Origin: the human T2T-CHM13v2.0 reference genome, Homo sapiens | Reading direction: 5' to 3' (one strand) | Length of the DNA: 64,000 bases | Assembly: GCF_009914755.1 (NCBI RefSeq) | Contig: NC_060927.1 | Part shown: piece by piece, positions 1 to 16,370 of the stretch | Position numbering within the stretch: position 1 is the first letter of the stretch | How the letters are laid out: each line of letters starts with the position of its first letter | Position numbers and translations under genes: made by a program | The notes under the pieces: generated by a model | What the model was told of the DNA's origin: nothing | Databases searched by the model: none | Seen by the model: the letters and a program-made list of their open reading frames with translations, nothing else

Positions 1-290
1 TAAATAAATAAATATAAATAAATGTTAAAAAGAAAGAAATGAGCAAACGATATAAACAGGTAGTGCACAAGAAAAAATGCAAACGGCTAAGAAACATATA
101 TAAAGGTGTTGAACTGTATTAATTTTTTAAAATACACAAAGTTACATATACCATTTTTCACCAGCAGGTTGACAGAGACTGGAAACTTAGAAGTGACCCA
201 CCCCTAACATTTGCAGGGTTAAAGCAACAGTACAAATGTGTACCCCTGTATCATACAATTACATATAGGAAAACTATAAATCAGGCAAAC

Positions 291-495
291 AGGCCAGGTG
301 CAGTGCACGCCTGTAATCCCCGCACTTTGGGAGGCCGAGGTGGGAGGATTGCTTGAGCCTAGGAGTTTGAGACCAGCCCGGCTAACAGAGAGACCATGCC
401 TCTACAAAAAACAAAATAGCTGGGCGCGGTAGCGCGTGCCTGTAGTTCCAGCTACTCGAGAGGTTGAGGCGGGACGGTCTCTTGAGTGACAGGAG
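291..495 (+). mobile_element. Alu (AluJ-like, 3' truncated)
   Basis: ggccaggtgcagtg..cctgtaatccc..gggaggattgcttgagcctaggagtttgagacc. Confidence 0.8.
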
Positions 496-1675
496 CGTGT
501 GAAAGATCTTTAATAGATATTTTTGAGAAAAGCTAATTAAGGATCTGATGTATACTACGACCAACTGTATGTGTGTACATCTACATATCTATATCTATCT
601 ATAGCTGTATATATATATATATAAAATATATATATAAGTTTATGCTTACATTTGCTAAGAAATTTTCTAGAAGGAATTACAAGGGAGTTACTAAGAGAAG
701 GGATACATGGGGCAGTTTTTACCTCATACTTCTGTCTGTTCAAATTTGTCAGAGCGTTTGGTACTTCAAAAGAAAAACAATAACCGAAAAATACACTGAA
801 ATTTCTCAGACACATCTTGTAACAGCCTCTAGCCTCCATCAACACCAGCAACCAGAAGCGTCTCACTGTGCAGGCGTTGCGCCAGGCACTGGGCTACCCA
901 ACCACAATCAGAGTTGCCTTTCCAGGCCCGTGGAATTTTGTTCAGCCAGTGGCTGCCAGTTAGTTCTCTGTCTTTGTTTCCAAGGTAGCAGGAACCCTAC
1001 AGAAACCAGGAGAAAATATGTCACACCCCTAAATGTGTTTTCTTCACAGATTTCCCTAGAAGGCTGCCAGCCTGGGCAGTGGGTGAGAAGCCGCTCTGCT
1101 GGGTTACACATGGCAGGCCCAGCGCCCTGCAGGCTCAGGGAGGAGCTCTGCCCTGACCCAGCCGAATCTCACCCATGCAGGTGGCGGATCAGAGGACTTT
1201 CTGTGACTAGGAAAACAACTCAAAGGTCAGCCCTTCCCAGCAGTGAGTAAACACCCACATCCCCAGTTCTGAGAGAGGCCTGCAGAGGTGGCCTCTTCCC
1301 TAGTGAGAAGTCCTCCATGGCTAGTTATGGATTATTGGTCTGGGGGCTTCTGGACTTCAAAGACCAGCTGGATTAATCTCTGTATCCCGGTGCTTGGCAC
1401 AGTGCCTGGCACATGGGTGATGTTTGCTGAATTGCCATCAGGGCCTGTCTCTTCTCCTGCCACTTTCCACACCTCTGCAAAGAGGTAACTGCTCTTGGGC
1501 TGATTCCCTGGAGTTTGAACCTCACCTCTCTGAAGGGGGCATCCTTTTGCAGGATGTGCACTGTACATCCAGGAAAACACACCAGATGAGGAGCTCCTGA
1601 TGACTGGTTCACACTAATTTTGAGAACTTATCTCAGAAAATTTAGAAAATGAAGATGTCTAATAAAATACAATAA

Positions 1676-2062
<387 letters not shown>

Positions 2063-3880
2063 CTGAATGCTTTATCTCCTGGAGTAAATGTCCTCTTTGC
2101 TGACGACGGCCTCTTCCAGGCCATTCTGCCACTCGTGTGTCAGACTTTAGGCAGGATTTCATTGATGGACTGACCTCCATAGCCCCTCAGTCTAACAAGG
2201 AGACAACAATGGTGCTTTGGGTCTCCAGGTATCAGTTTCAACTCAGTCACTACATCAAGTAGCCCTCCGGACATCTGGGGATTCCTTTTTCTTCCGTGTA
2301 CGGTCACCCAAGTACACGGCCACGGGTCCCCCTAGGGAAAGACTGGGGGAATCATTACACTCTTTTCTTGCCGGTGTTGCCGAGTTCATTCTTAGAGACC
2401 CAGCCACCTCTTCAGTCCATGGATTCCAGATCGGAAAATTGGCTTAGGTCAAAACAACTGAGTAAGGGACTGTAAGTTTGTATTAGGGCTCTGAGCCTCC
2501 TGCGTCTCCACTTGTGCCTCTTGCTGGCTGGAGGCGTTAGGCAGCACCTGTGTAGGTTGCCCATTTATTCTGCCCCGGGAGATGCTGTGCTCTGTGGACC
2601 ACAACTCCCTGTGGGCCGGGCCTGGTTGGCTGCATGACTAACTCTGCAGGTCATTATGACCTCCTGGCATCTGGAAGCCAAAGGCCACCACCTGGCCTCT
2701 ATGCCTGGGGGTAGAGGGGCTTCATTGCCATGGGTAGCAGTGAGCCCAGCTCTGTGACCAGCTCTCCTGTTTAGTGAGGTTGGTGCCTCTCACCTGAGCA
2801 TTCCTGATGGTCGTGGTCAATCACCTGTTCTCTGGGCCCACCCCTCATACTTACCCCCACCCCCGGTGGCTCTTCTGGTCTCAGATGACATAGCCATCCC
2901 AGCGTGCCCACTTTCCTCAGGCTTTTTGTGTTTTCACTACCATCTTCCAGGGCTACTTAGTCATGTCCGTTGCCGCCATTGACACTGGCTGCCACTTTCT
3001 CCGGGCTTCTAAGAGTCACCCTTGAGTTTGTCTCATCACCTGGGGTCCTTACCAGGGTATTAAATTCGGCATCCTGAGAAAGCACCCCAAGGGAACTCTG
3101 CTAGGCCCAGGCTCCTTGATCAAGCCCCCAGGAGTGAGCAACCAGTGGCGTGTGCTGAGGAAGCCACGGCCTGCTTGCTAACCTCCCACCTCGTGCGTGC
3201 GCTGCCTCCTCACTTCCTTCGTCCTTTACTCTTACTTTCCTGGAACTCACTTCCTTTCGTCCTTTACTCTTACTTTCCTGGAACTCAGCCCCGCTGCCCA
3301 GAAGCACACAAGCTTTGCCTCAGGCTCTGTTTTCTAGGGAAATTGGGCCAAGGCAGAGGTCTTCATGATTTCACATGTTGTAAGAAGGGGGGAGGCTCTC
3401 ATCCTGGCCCTGGAAGTGGGGGGTGCTCATAGTGAGTCCATCTAGCTAGGGATGAAAACGGAAAACTCAACGTCTATGGAAAAACACAAGGATTTGGAAG
3501 CGTCACATAAAGACTTAATCAATACAAGTTCAAACTATAATCCCTCCCTGAAATGACACAGCATTTTTCCACTGGAAGCAGCTGGGGGGCTGGTGCTGGG
3601 CTGCCGTATCTCCAGGCAGCAGAGGGCAGGGAAGGAGAAGGGCAAGAGCTCGTACCTCGGGTGTCCTTGGCTCACCGCCTGTGCTCCATTTCTGCATCTC
3701 TCGTGGTCCGTAATACTCCAGATCCTGCCACGAACAGGGGCGAGGGGAAGAGGAACTGGGCTCAGAATTGTTAAGAAAGACTTGATTTAGGAGAGCTGTG
3801 TCTCCGCACGGAGGTGGGATTGCTCATTAGGCAGAAGCTGGTGACCACCACACCAGGTGCCTTAAGATTTCAAAATCACA

Positions 3881-4187
3881 GGCCAGGCATGGTGGCTCAC
3901 ACCTGTGATCCCAGCACTTTGAGAGGCCAAGGTGGGTGGATGACCTGAGGTCAGGAGTTTGAGACCAGCCTGGCCAACATGGTGAAACCCTGTCTCTACT
4001 AAAAATACAAAAATTAGCCGGGAGTGGTGGCAGGCGCCTGTAATCCCAGCTACTTGGGGGAGGCTGAGGCAGGAGAATCGCTTGAACCCAGGAGGCAGAG
4101 GTTGCAGTGAGCCGAGATGGTGCCACTGCACTCCAGCCTGGGTGGCAGAGCGAGACTCTGTCTCAAACAAAACAAACAAACAAACAA
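3881..4187 (+). mobile_element. Alu (AluS-like)
   Basis: Full dimer with (AAAC)n tail; TSD-like AAATCACAGG on both sides. Confidence 0.9.
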
Positions 4188-4195
4188 ATCACAGG

Positions 4196-4644
4196 TGTAT
4201 GGAGGATGCACCTGACAGCAATAACTTAAGCATACCCTGAGAATGACCCTAGGCCTAAAAAGAATGTGTTTGGAGTTCTGAGCTAAGGAATCGGGAAATG
4301 GGGCCAACCTGGAGACTCATTCCTTATCTGCGAGGGGCATCTGAACCCCCCGCCCATCCTGTGGAATGGAGGCCATAGAGGGGATCCAGGCCCTTTGTTT
4401 TGGGTTAAAGGAAGGTTGCCAGGTGGAGGTTGCTAGGGGGAGGGTGCTAGGTGAAAATGCTATATAAACTGCATGCTTTTTACGAGTGGTTGCCATTCTC
4501 TGGTCCAGCCTGCTGCCACTGGACTGCCCTGTATGTAAGTCCCCTCAGGAAGCCCTGTGTCTCAGTCACTGGCCCCCAGCCTCTTCTTTGGCGTCTCGAA
4601 CACACTACCAACGCTACTGCAGTCAACAGGGGTCTGGCACGACA
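4196..4644 (+). mobile_element. Solo LTR (LTR47-like, ERVL class)
   Basis: TG...CA ends, flanks ACAGG/GCAGG (5-bp TSD with one mismatch) and a TATATAAA box at ~4461. The family is assigned from recalled consensus. Confidence 0.65.
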
Positions 4645-4656
4645 GCAGGGCTTGCT

Positions 4657-4984
<328 letters not shown>

Positions 4985-5695
4985 CCAGGCTTGCTTTTAC
5001 ACAAGTTCAACCCCAGACACCTTCCAAGAATGGCTTCGTAGTCAGCAAGAGAGGAGGCACCCTATAGCACTCAGCTAGAGACAATATCACACCATATCCA
5101 GCAGGAGAGAGAAAGGTCGATCTTATGCCATAGGCTGACAAACTTTAAAACAGCTGTGTAGAAGGGCCCTGGTGACATAGGTTTGAAAGGGGTCGCTGCA
5201 TTTGTCCAGTACAACATTTAAAGTCTGTTCTACTGTTGAGACTGATTTTCTTTCCTTACTGTCTGGAGCATCGTCTTATTCACAGGCCCGTTTATTCATC
5301 ATGCGGAAACAGATGACCAGGGAATTCAAATCTAAATGATAGGTCTATCTCTGTATCTCAGTATTGAATAATAAAACCAATGATTTCTTCAGGGATTCCA
5401 AATCAGTGTTTGATAAAGATACAGGACCCGAGGGGAAAGAAGGGATCCGGAGCAAAAGAAGTTCAGATTAAATTTTCACTTAGCGTAAGATGCCCCTGAC
5501 TCTATATCATGGTCCTCAAAGGTCAAAAGAGTAAAGAAAACACAAACTAGGACAAATGAGAAGGGGCCTATCCCCTAATGCCCGGTTATCCAGAGAGAAG
5601 GCAGGAAAACAACAGCTGCTGGAGAAAGTGAATGATGGTTCTCAGCCCTGGCTGCAAGTTAGAACCGCCAGGGAACTGTCAAAAATGCTAATCCA

Positions 5696-5993
<298 letters not shown>

Positions 5994-7204
5994 CTAATGC
6001 TTGGGTGCCACTCCCAGAGATTCTCATTTAATGGGTCCAGGGTTTGGCCTGGTCGTCAGAAATCTTACACCTCCCCAGGTGATTCTCAAGTGCAGCTCCA
6101 GCACTGTTTTGGAGGTAGACCACTTCTGTTCCTGACGCTCTCTTGTCTCCATCTGTCACTCTCCCTCCTATTCTCCCTCCCTATGGGCCGCAACAGCTTG
6201 CTCCAGAGCTCGGATGCACGACTGACCCATTTGGGGAGTGAAGTGAGCTCTTCCCGCTGTGCCCTCCTGTCTACCGGTGCAGGAACTCCTTCCACTTCCT
6301 CCCTGTGATGTGAGTAGAATGAATTCCAACTCTCCTGGCAGCAAGTTGCATACAAAATAAAGCTTGAGGGAGAGCACTTTGAGTAGTCCCGAAAGTTCCC
6401 TCGTGGAAGAAAGACAGCAGCAGAAGAGGGCAGTGTGAGGGGCACACAGCCAGAATTCCATTCATTTCCTTTAGAGTCTATATCTAGCCAAAGAAAAGCC
6501 CTCACAGGGGAGAATCAAGGGTTCTTTTCCCCATTGACAACTCTGTGCCCACAACGCTGGTCTGTTGCAATGGTAGGGTGAGCAAGTAAAACTCGTAAAA
6601 ATTTTTCAAAATTCTTTGAAAAGTGAATCAGTATTCTATCGGGCTCAGACAAACTATTTCTGCTGAGACCCATCTGGAAATGTGAAAACCTCTTTGTAGA
6701 AGGAAATTGCAGTTGATCTGAGTATTTTCTACAGAATTCTACATTCTGGACTTCCTAGAGACCTAATTGTCCTTAAAAAAAAAAGAAATGGGATTTTTTT
6801 AGTTTATTCTAATTGGAAATCAGCGACAGACATCAGAGGCAGAAGAGATAGCTGTTTTTTCTTTAAAACAAAACTAAATTGGGCCATCAGATTGCAATGG
6901 TAAAGTGCTTTTGAACCTGCCACATATGAAGTGCTTGGTAAAGGCAGTTTTTATTATCCAGAAGTGGTATTGGCTAGGCAAACCATTAAACAAAAGTCAT
7001 GCTACTTCACTTTTTAATGAAGTCCAGGTGCAAATGGCCACAGGTAAAAAAGCAGTGGTAATAGGAGTTTAGAAAGGACAGCCTGGCAGGGGCAGGGGCA
7101 GGGGCAGGGGCTGGCGTGAGGGGATGGGCCGCAACAGGGAGAAGTGCCAGGAGTTTGCTTCTCTTCTCTCTGAAGCCAAGCAGGACCCTAAGAACAGCCT
7201 GGAA

Positions 7205-7352
7205 CAGGGGTTCTCAAACCTCCATGTGCAACAAAATCACTCCCAGTTTCTGATTCAGTGGGTCTGCAGTGGGACCTGAGAATTTGCATATCTAAAAAGT
7301 TTCTGGGTGCTGGTGATGCTGCTGGTCTGGGAACCACACTTTGAGACGCACT
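7205..7352. mobile_element. MER5A hAT DNA transposon
   Basis: Terminal inverted repeats caggggttctcaaa / tttgagacgcactg, with a typical gagaatttgcatatctaa interior. Confidence 0.75.
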
Positions 7353-7392
7353 GGCCAGGAGAGAAGAAGCAGAAAAGAAGGTCGTGCGATAA

Positions 7393-7893
<501 letters not shown>

Positions 7894-9099
7894 TTAATAA
7901 CTTTTTTTTAATGACGATGACTGGAAACAATTTCTAGCCTCTGCATCTGGGCCACCATGCCCACTATGGTTCAAAACTCAGGCTTCTGGATTTTTTTTCT
8001 GTATCCTCTTCCCACCCCACACTGGTGGCCTGACGGAATTTCAACAGTGTCTTGGTGACAGCAATTTGAAGTTGTGTTAGCATTCGGAATGAAACAGGAC
8101 TCTTAAGGCCAGTCAGTTTTGCCACTGATTAACCATGTCACTCCTCCCTCTCTGAACCTTGGCTTTCTTATCACTAAAGGAAGAGGTTTGGACAAGATGG
8201 TATGCATGAAAATGATAATGTTTTGATGTTTATCGTTTATTTGGCCTTTGAGCCATAAGAGCTCAGTTAATCCCTGTGAAATCATTTTTATTGCCTCCCC
8301 ACTTTTCACAGAGAAAGAGAATTGGAAAAGCACAGTCATTTTTGAGCATCAAGATAAAGAAGATGGCCACATAAAAGCTTCTGCAAAAACCCCACGGAGG
8401 ACCTAGTCCCTTATGTTACTTAGTGTTCCTTATATAACAGTTTACATGAAAAAATCCTCCTGAAAGTTAGTGCCTGATAAATATGTCCCTCCAGAAGATG
8501 TAATATGCGTCATTTTATAAGGCAGAATCAACTTTCTAACACTTCATGTTTTTCTTTTGTTTAACTGCCAGGAAGCTTGGAGCTAATTATGCCAAGATTA
8601 TAATAACCATTTAAATCTCAAAGTCCTGGCATTATCTCCCATATCTTCTAAATCCTAATGCCTAAGTTTTCTTAGGGAGACTATCTGTGAATAGGGGGAT
8701 TGTGTAATTTATCATCGAAATGGGAGTCTTTTCAGAGGGAGAAAACTATTCATAAATGTGCCAGGTGATAGATATAAGCCAGGACTGTCCCAGGCAAACC
8801 GAGATGGGTAGGCACCCTACCTGTAGTTGGAAACAGGTTTGCCAAAAATTATATACAAATAGCGGTCGATTAGACCTGGTTGGTGCAGCAGTTCTGGGTC
8901 TCATCAAACTCAGCAGAATAACACAGAGTAGAGATAGATGATAAGCCACAGGAAACAACAACAAAGGTTCTGAACGTATTTGTGGGTGTGGGAAGGGAAT
9001 GGGTGAGCCCTCTCCCATCATGCAGCCCTATCCCACTTTATTTCCCAAAGCCTGTGCCTCCTCAGTACTGTGGACATCGTGTCTTGTGGCCAGTCGCAG

Positions 9100-9376
9100 C
9101 TCAGAGCCTCACTCTCTCTCCCAGGCTGGAGTGCAATAGCACGATCTCGGCTTACTGCAGCCTCCGCCTCCCAGGTTCAAGCGATTCTCGTGCCTCAGCC
9201 TCCTGAGCAGCTGGGACTACAGGAGCGAGCTACCACACCCAGTTAATCTTTGTATATTTAGTACAGATGGGATTTCACCATGTTGGCCAGGCTGGTCTTG
9301 AACGCCTGACCTCATGATCCACCGCCTTGGCCTCCCAAAGTGCTGGGATTACAGGCCTGAGCCACCGCGCCCGACC
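9100..9376 (-). mobile_element. Alu (tail absent)
   Basis: cccaggctggagtgcaatagc..gccaccgcgcccgacc. Confidence 0.85.
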
Positions 9377-10424
9377 AGCTGTTCAATTCTTTATAGGAGG
9401 GGCTTAGGTTGGGCAAATCTGTTTAGAAGGGAAGGTCAGGGGGACTTTAATCCGGAATTGTAAGGCACTTTACTGAAGACTGGAACAAATGTGATTGTCC
9501 ATCTCAAAAAAATGGGGTGGTGCTGATGAAGATGATGAGACCCTGAAAGTCAGTCACCATGCAGTCGGCTCCCTCACAGAGCATGCCACCCAGCGTTTGC
9601 CTGCTCACATCCTGCTATGCTTTTCCCCATGCAGAGGACAGTACTGACCTCCCCACCTTTCTCCTGGCACAGCCAGTTTAGCTGCGGGACCCTCTCCTCT
9701 GCAGACAGGTCCCAGCAGGGCTCAGAGGCAGGAAGAAGCCGCTATGCCGCTTCTATGAACCAACACTAGAGGTCGCCCTTCTCCAGCATCGGACAAGAGT
9801 CCACCAAAGGGAGAGCTCCAGCTTCTGCTTAAAATGCCCTGATCACAGATGACAACTCCGGGGGGACCTCGCCCCACGTGGGAAGGCACTGCTCTAAGGC
9901 AGAGGAGGAGGCTGAGCCCACCCAGCCCCAACGGAGGCCCAAGGTTGCTGAGGGGAAGCAGAGCTGGGCTGGAGGCAGGGACAGGCCCATCTTCAGAGTC
10001 CTTTCTCCTGCCCAGCCATCCCCGTGGAGAGAACGCTGTGCTCCAGGGGAAGCCAAGTGCCTTGGGATCTGAGGAGCTGCCTGGCGCTGGGCTGGGAAAG
10101 ACCGAATCGTTTCCACGAGCGATGAACATCTGGGAGCGACAGAAGCCTGTGCAGCCTGCAGAGTGACTAATGTGTGTGTAAACTGTGAGGGGCTATGCAT
10201 GCAGAGGCAAGCACATTCATTCGTAATTGGCCGCTCATTCTCTGCAAATAGAGACCCTGTCTAAAGAAGGCTCAGGTGCCCGGTAAGAGCCATCGTAGCC
10301 GGGGCTGCCTGGCTTGTCTGTTGTTCTCGCTCCCTTGGGTTCCTGGGCAAGCTTTCCTCACCAAGCCCCGGCTGTCTGTGTAAAAAGGAAGGGAGGGTGC
10401 TTCCAAAAGGCAATTCTACACTAT

Positions 10425-10730
<306 letters not shown>

Positions 10731-11009
10731 TCAACACTCTTTACTTTTCTAGTCATAACCTATTTTCAGCTGGAAACCAGAAAGGCTGGTTCTATGTGCA
10801 GATGGCAATGCTGAGGTTTAGAGGTAAAACACCCACCTGAAGTGAATAGAGGCTGGACTGGAACCCAGGATGGCTCACCTGGAGGCGGCGCTCCCATACG
10901 GCACCCGGCAGCCTGTTTTGTACAGGAACAATACTTGCCTTCCTCAGCAAAAAACAAACAAACAAACAAAAAATGCAGGGGTTGAAAAGAAAACTGCCTG
11001 AGCTGAAAA

Positions 11010-11266
11010 GTTTTGTTGTTGTTGTTCTGAGACAGGGTTTCCCTGTCGCCCAGGCTGGAGTACAGTGGTGTGATCTTGGCTTACTGCAGCCTCCGCCTCC
11101 CGGGAGTAGCTGGGACCACAGGAGTGTGCCACAGCTAATTTTTGTATTTTTGTAGGATATGGTTTTGCCATGTTGCCCAGGCTGGTCTCGAACTCCTGAG
11201 CTCAAGCAATCTGCCAGCCTTGTCCTCCCAAAGTGCTGGGGTTACAGGTATGAGCCAGCGTGCCCC
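11010..11266 (-). mobile_element. Alu (AluJ-like, internally deleted)
   Basis: gagacagggtttccctgtcgcccaggctgg..ctcctgagctcaagcaatc. Confidence 0.8.
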
Positions 11267-12289
11267 ACCTGAAAAGTTTTAAATGAGGCAAGGGTGTCAA
11301 AACAAACAAAAAACAACAACCAGGAGAAGTGAGCATTGCCTCTGAGCCCCATGTGCGATCCCTCAGATGCCGAGGCAGGTTGCACTATCACCCACCATGA
11401 GCCCTCCGACCCTGGCCTGTGGAGTGGAGAAAAGACGCCAACTGCTCCCCTGCAGCACCCTGCGCTTTTCTTCCTCCAGGCCCGATGGTGGGTCTCAGCC
11501 AGCTGGTTACACACGAGCGCGCGACATGTCCAAAGCGAAGCACAGCCCTTTGTGTCGTCAGCAGGGGAACAGATAGCAGTTGCTCCCACATGAAGCCCAG
11601 GGTACCTGGCAGAGTGCAGCCCCTCCTCTTCCCACTGGGAGGAAATAGGGTAACTAACCCATTTCCCAGATGCAAAGTGATCTGGAGGTCCTCCCTCAAC
11701 AGACCCTCCAAGCCGAGCGTCATCGGGAGCTGAGTCATCCAGACACTATGGTACTAGGTCTGTGCCATCACAGAACTAAAGTCACTCTCTCTTCAGCTAG
11801 AGGAGAGCCTCTCACGGACAGGCGCCATGGCTGATTCATCCTAGCATTGCCCACAAACCTGGACTCACGGGGTACGGTGGGTGCTTAGTAACTACTCATC
11901 CATCAAATCGTCCAAATTAACCTCACTGCTGAATGGAATTAAGCCAAGGCCACCTCTCTTGGGAGAAGCGTGTTTTTCTGGAACACAGGGAGGATCCTTA
12001 GCTCTAACAAGTTGACATTTTGAAACATAATAACCCTTAAAAGGCATCTGTTTGTTTTTTTTTTAAATAACTCCGGAAAAAAGGACCTTTCATAGCAGTA
12101 CTGAGTATCTACCCAAAAGTACGCGTGATCGTATTTCTTCTTTGTTTCTTCTCAGGAAGGAATGGTTTTCCCAAGCCAGTGCCTTCCTGGGTGTTTCACT
12201 GCCCTTGAGAAGCTGGATGCTGCCAGAAGGGAGTGAAGCCATGAGAACAGTCTGTTATTCATGTTCGATTCCTCTTGACCTTGAAGATC

Positions 12290-13800
12290 TTTTTTTTTTT
12301 TTAATTATTTATTTTTTTTATTGATCATTCTTGGGTGTTTCTCGCAGAGGGGGATTTGGCAGGGTCACAGGACAATAGTGGAGGGAAGGTCAGCAGACAA
12401 ACAAGTGAACAAAGGTCTCTGATTTTCCTAGGCAGAGGACCCTGCGGCCTTCCGCAGTGTTTGTGTCCCTGGGTACTTGAGATTAGGGATTGGTGATGAC
12501 TCTTAACGAGCATGCTGCCTTCAAGCATCTGTTTAACAAAGCACATCTTGCCCCGCCCTTAATCCATTTAACCCTGAGTGGACACAGCACATGTTTCAGA
12601 GAGCACAGGGTTGGGGGTAAGGTCACAGATCAACAGGATCCCAAGGCAGAAGAATTTTTCTTAGTACAGAACAAAATGAAAAGTCTCCCATGTCTACCTC
12701 TTTCTACACAGACACGGCAACCATCCGATTTTTCAATCTTTTCCCCACCTTTCCCCCATTTCTATTCCACAAAACCGCCATTGTCATCATGGCCCGTTCT
12801 CAATGAGCTGTTGAGTACACCTCCCAGACGGGGTGGTGGCCGGGCAGAGGGGCTCCTCACTTCCCAGTAGGGGCAGCCAGGCAGAGGCGCCCCTCACCTT
12901 CCGGACGGGGCGGCTGGCCGGGCGGGGGGCTGACCCCCCACCTCCCTCCCGGACGGGGCGGCTGGCCGGGCAGGGGGCTGACCCCCACCTCCCTCCCGGA
13001 CGGGGTGGCTGCCGGGCGGAGACGCTCCTCACTTGCCAGACGGGGTGGCTGCCGGGCGGAGGGTCTCCTCACTTCTCAGATGGGGTGGCTGGGCAGAGAC
13101 GCTCCTCACCTCCCAGACGGGGTCGCGGCTGGGAAGAGGCGCTCCTCACATCCCAGACGGGGCGGCGGGGCAGAGGCGCTCCGCACATCTCAGACGATGG
13201 GCGGCCGGGCAGAGACGCTCCTCACTTCCTAGATGAGATGGTGGCCAGGCAGAGACGCTCCTCACTTTCCAGACTGGGCAGCCGGGCAGAGGGGCTCCTC
13301 ACATCCCAGACGATGGGCGGCCAGGCAGAGACGCTCCTCACTTCCCAGACGGGGTGGCGGCCGGGCAGAGGCTGCAATCTCGGCACTTTGGGCGGCCAAG
13401 GTAGGCGGCTGGGAGGTGGAGGTTGTAGCGAGCCGAGATCACGCCACCGCACTCCAGCCTGGGCACCATTGAGCACTGAGTGAACGAGACTCCGTCTGCA
13501 ATCCCGGCACCTCGGGAGGCCGAGGCTGGCAGATCACTCGCGGTTAGGAGCTGGAAACCAGCCCGGCCAACACAGCGAAACCCCGTCTCCACCAAAAAAA
13601 ATACGAAAACCAGTCAGGCGTGGCGGCGCACGCCTGCAATCGCAGGCACTCGGCAGGCTGAGGCAGGAGAATCAGGCAGGGAGGTTGCAGTGAGCAGAGA
13701 TGGCAGCAGTACAGTCCAGCTTCGGCTCGGCATCAGAGGGAGACCATGGAAAGAGAGGGAGAGGGAGACCGTGGGGAGAGGGAGCGGGAGAGGGAGAGGG
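12290..13800 (-). mobile_element. SVA retrotransposon, near full length
   Basis: Poly-T, SINE-R (ttgatcattcttgggtgtttctcgcagaggggg..), GC-rich VNTR (~12820-13370), Alu-like region and (GGGAGA)n hexamer at ~13755-13800. TSD GAAGATCTTTTTT at 12283 and 13828. Confidence 0.95.
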
Positions 13801-15113
13801 ACTCTCAGATAACTTTCTAAAACCTCCGAAGATCTTTTTTCATGTGTGAGATAATAATAGAAGATATTCCTGAGAGTTTTGTGTATTTTTGTGTATTTTC
13901 CTTGCTTGTGGATGGAAGCGCGATGTCTTCTATTACCAAATGTGCCTAAGCCCCAGCCTGTGGCTCTAAAGAAGGTTACATCAACATAAAAGTCACATTT
14001 TAATTTTCTGTCTCCCTGCACCTGCCTGCTGACTCAGGATCTCAGCCCAGCCACGTGGCATCTCCCACCACCTCCACTTGTTTCTGGGACTACCTGGAGC
14101 AGCTTGGATGCACTGTGGCTCAGCTCCCTCACAGTCTTCAGTCCAGCCGCTGTCAGGCTCCTTGTGGGGAGGCCTCTCGCTGCTGTCCCTTCAGCCGGGG
14201 GTCTCCAGGGGCGCTGCTGTGGCTGTCTCCAGAGCTCCCCAAGGGGCAAGTCTGTTGAAGGTGCCAGAGCGTTCTGCGTTCCCTGCCGGCCAACACATCA
14301 TCAGAGGTGGGGCGATGCTCCTCCTCAAGCAGTTCACTCTCTGCCCCGCGCCAGCTGGGCCTGACCACACTGCCCTTGGCCTTTTCCTGTCTTTCTCTCC
14401 ACCACGCTTGCTGCACCTCAATATGCATCCACCACCCCCCACCCAGAAAAAAAAAAAGCTTCTTCTTCAGGACCCTTTCCGGACCACTCAGTCACCAGCG
14501 CCAAGCAGAATGTGCTCAAAGGGCATCTCCACGCTGCTAAATCCATTCTACACCAAAATGAACACAACAAAAAAGTAACCCCTTTCTCAGGACTGCACCT
14601 GGAAAAGGGAGTTTAAACTTTACCTTTGCGACCTGGCTTCTTATGGGCAGCATTGTGCAAGAGCCGGGTCAGCACTCAAGAGTGATGCCACCTGAAAGGT
14701 CACACACTCAGTGCCCAGCTTGCCTTCCCCAGCCCTGGCCTGGCATCTCAGAGCCCTTTTCTTGCTGTGTGAAGCTTCCCCTTCTATCATCCCGGGCCCT
14801 CATTGCTTTCAAAACCTGCTCCCAGGAAAGGCACTGCGGAAGCCACGTGTACCGTGGCTAAGTACCTGCGTGCCCTCTCTCAGACGGGCAGTGACCGCAT
14901 CGCCCGGACCACAGAACAGTGAGGTTCGATGTAAAAAATGCCACACCTACGGGCTGGTGGACTTTGGGAAAGTGAAAGTCTGAGGCTTTGCTTTCTCATC
15001 AGCTAAATGAGAGTTGTGAAAACGACGTTTGTCACAAGGTGATTGTGACAATGAGATGAGATGTTGCTGGAAAGCACTCAATAAAAATGATTTCTTATTT
15101 AAGATGTAGGTAG

Positions 15114-15565
<452 letters not shown>

Positions 15566-15875
15566 ATATTGCTAAATTTTAAAATTCTTCAATATCATGG
15601 CTCTCAATAGAGAATGTTAAATCATTTTTAGGTAAGCAAAAGTAGAATATAATAATATAGCTATATGCTATAAGCTTAATTGGGTAAAATGATATATGGG
15701 GAACCCAGAAAATGAGTTGAATTTGGGGGACACAGAATCTAGGGTGACTTTTTTTTCTTTCTTTCCTTCTGCTATTAAAGTTGACTGAATTTTTTATTTT
15801 CTTCCAAGATCTATTAGGATAGGAGGATTATTTGATGGTGAAGCGATTAATTCAAATACATGATCACATACATGA

Positions 15876-16370
<495 letters not shown>

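Noticed and set aside
573-1250. 225-aa ORF
   Set aside because: It starts in a (TA)n microsatellite and shows no recognisable domain or splice structure.
2100-3345. Possible old ERVL/LTR16-33-like remnant
   Set aside because: The resemblance is weak; family and boundaries cannot be fixed without RepeatMasker.
7086-7112. (GGGGCA)4 G-quadruplex motif
   Set aside because: The motif is real but common, with no associated feature to give it significance.
12325-13812. ORF cluster including 216 aa at 12833..13483
   Set aside because: These are translations of SVA SINE-R, VNTR and Alu-like parts.
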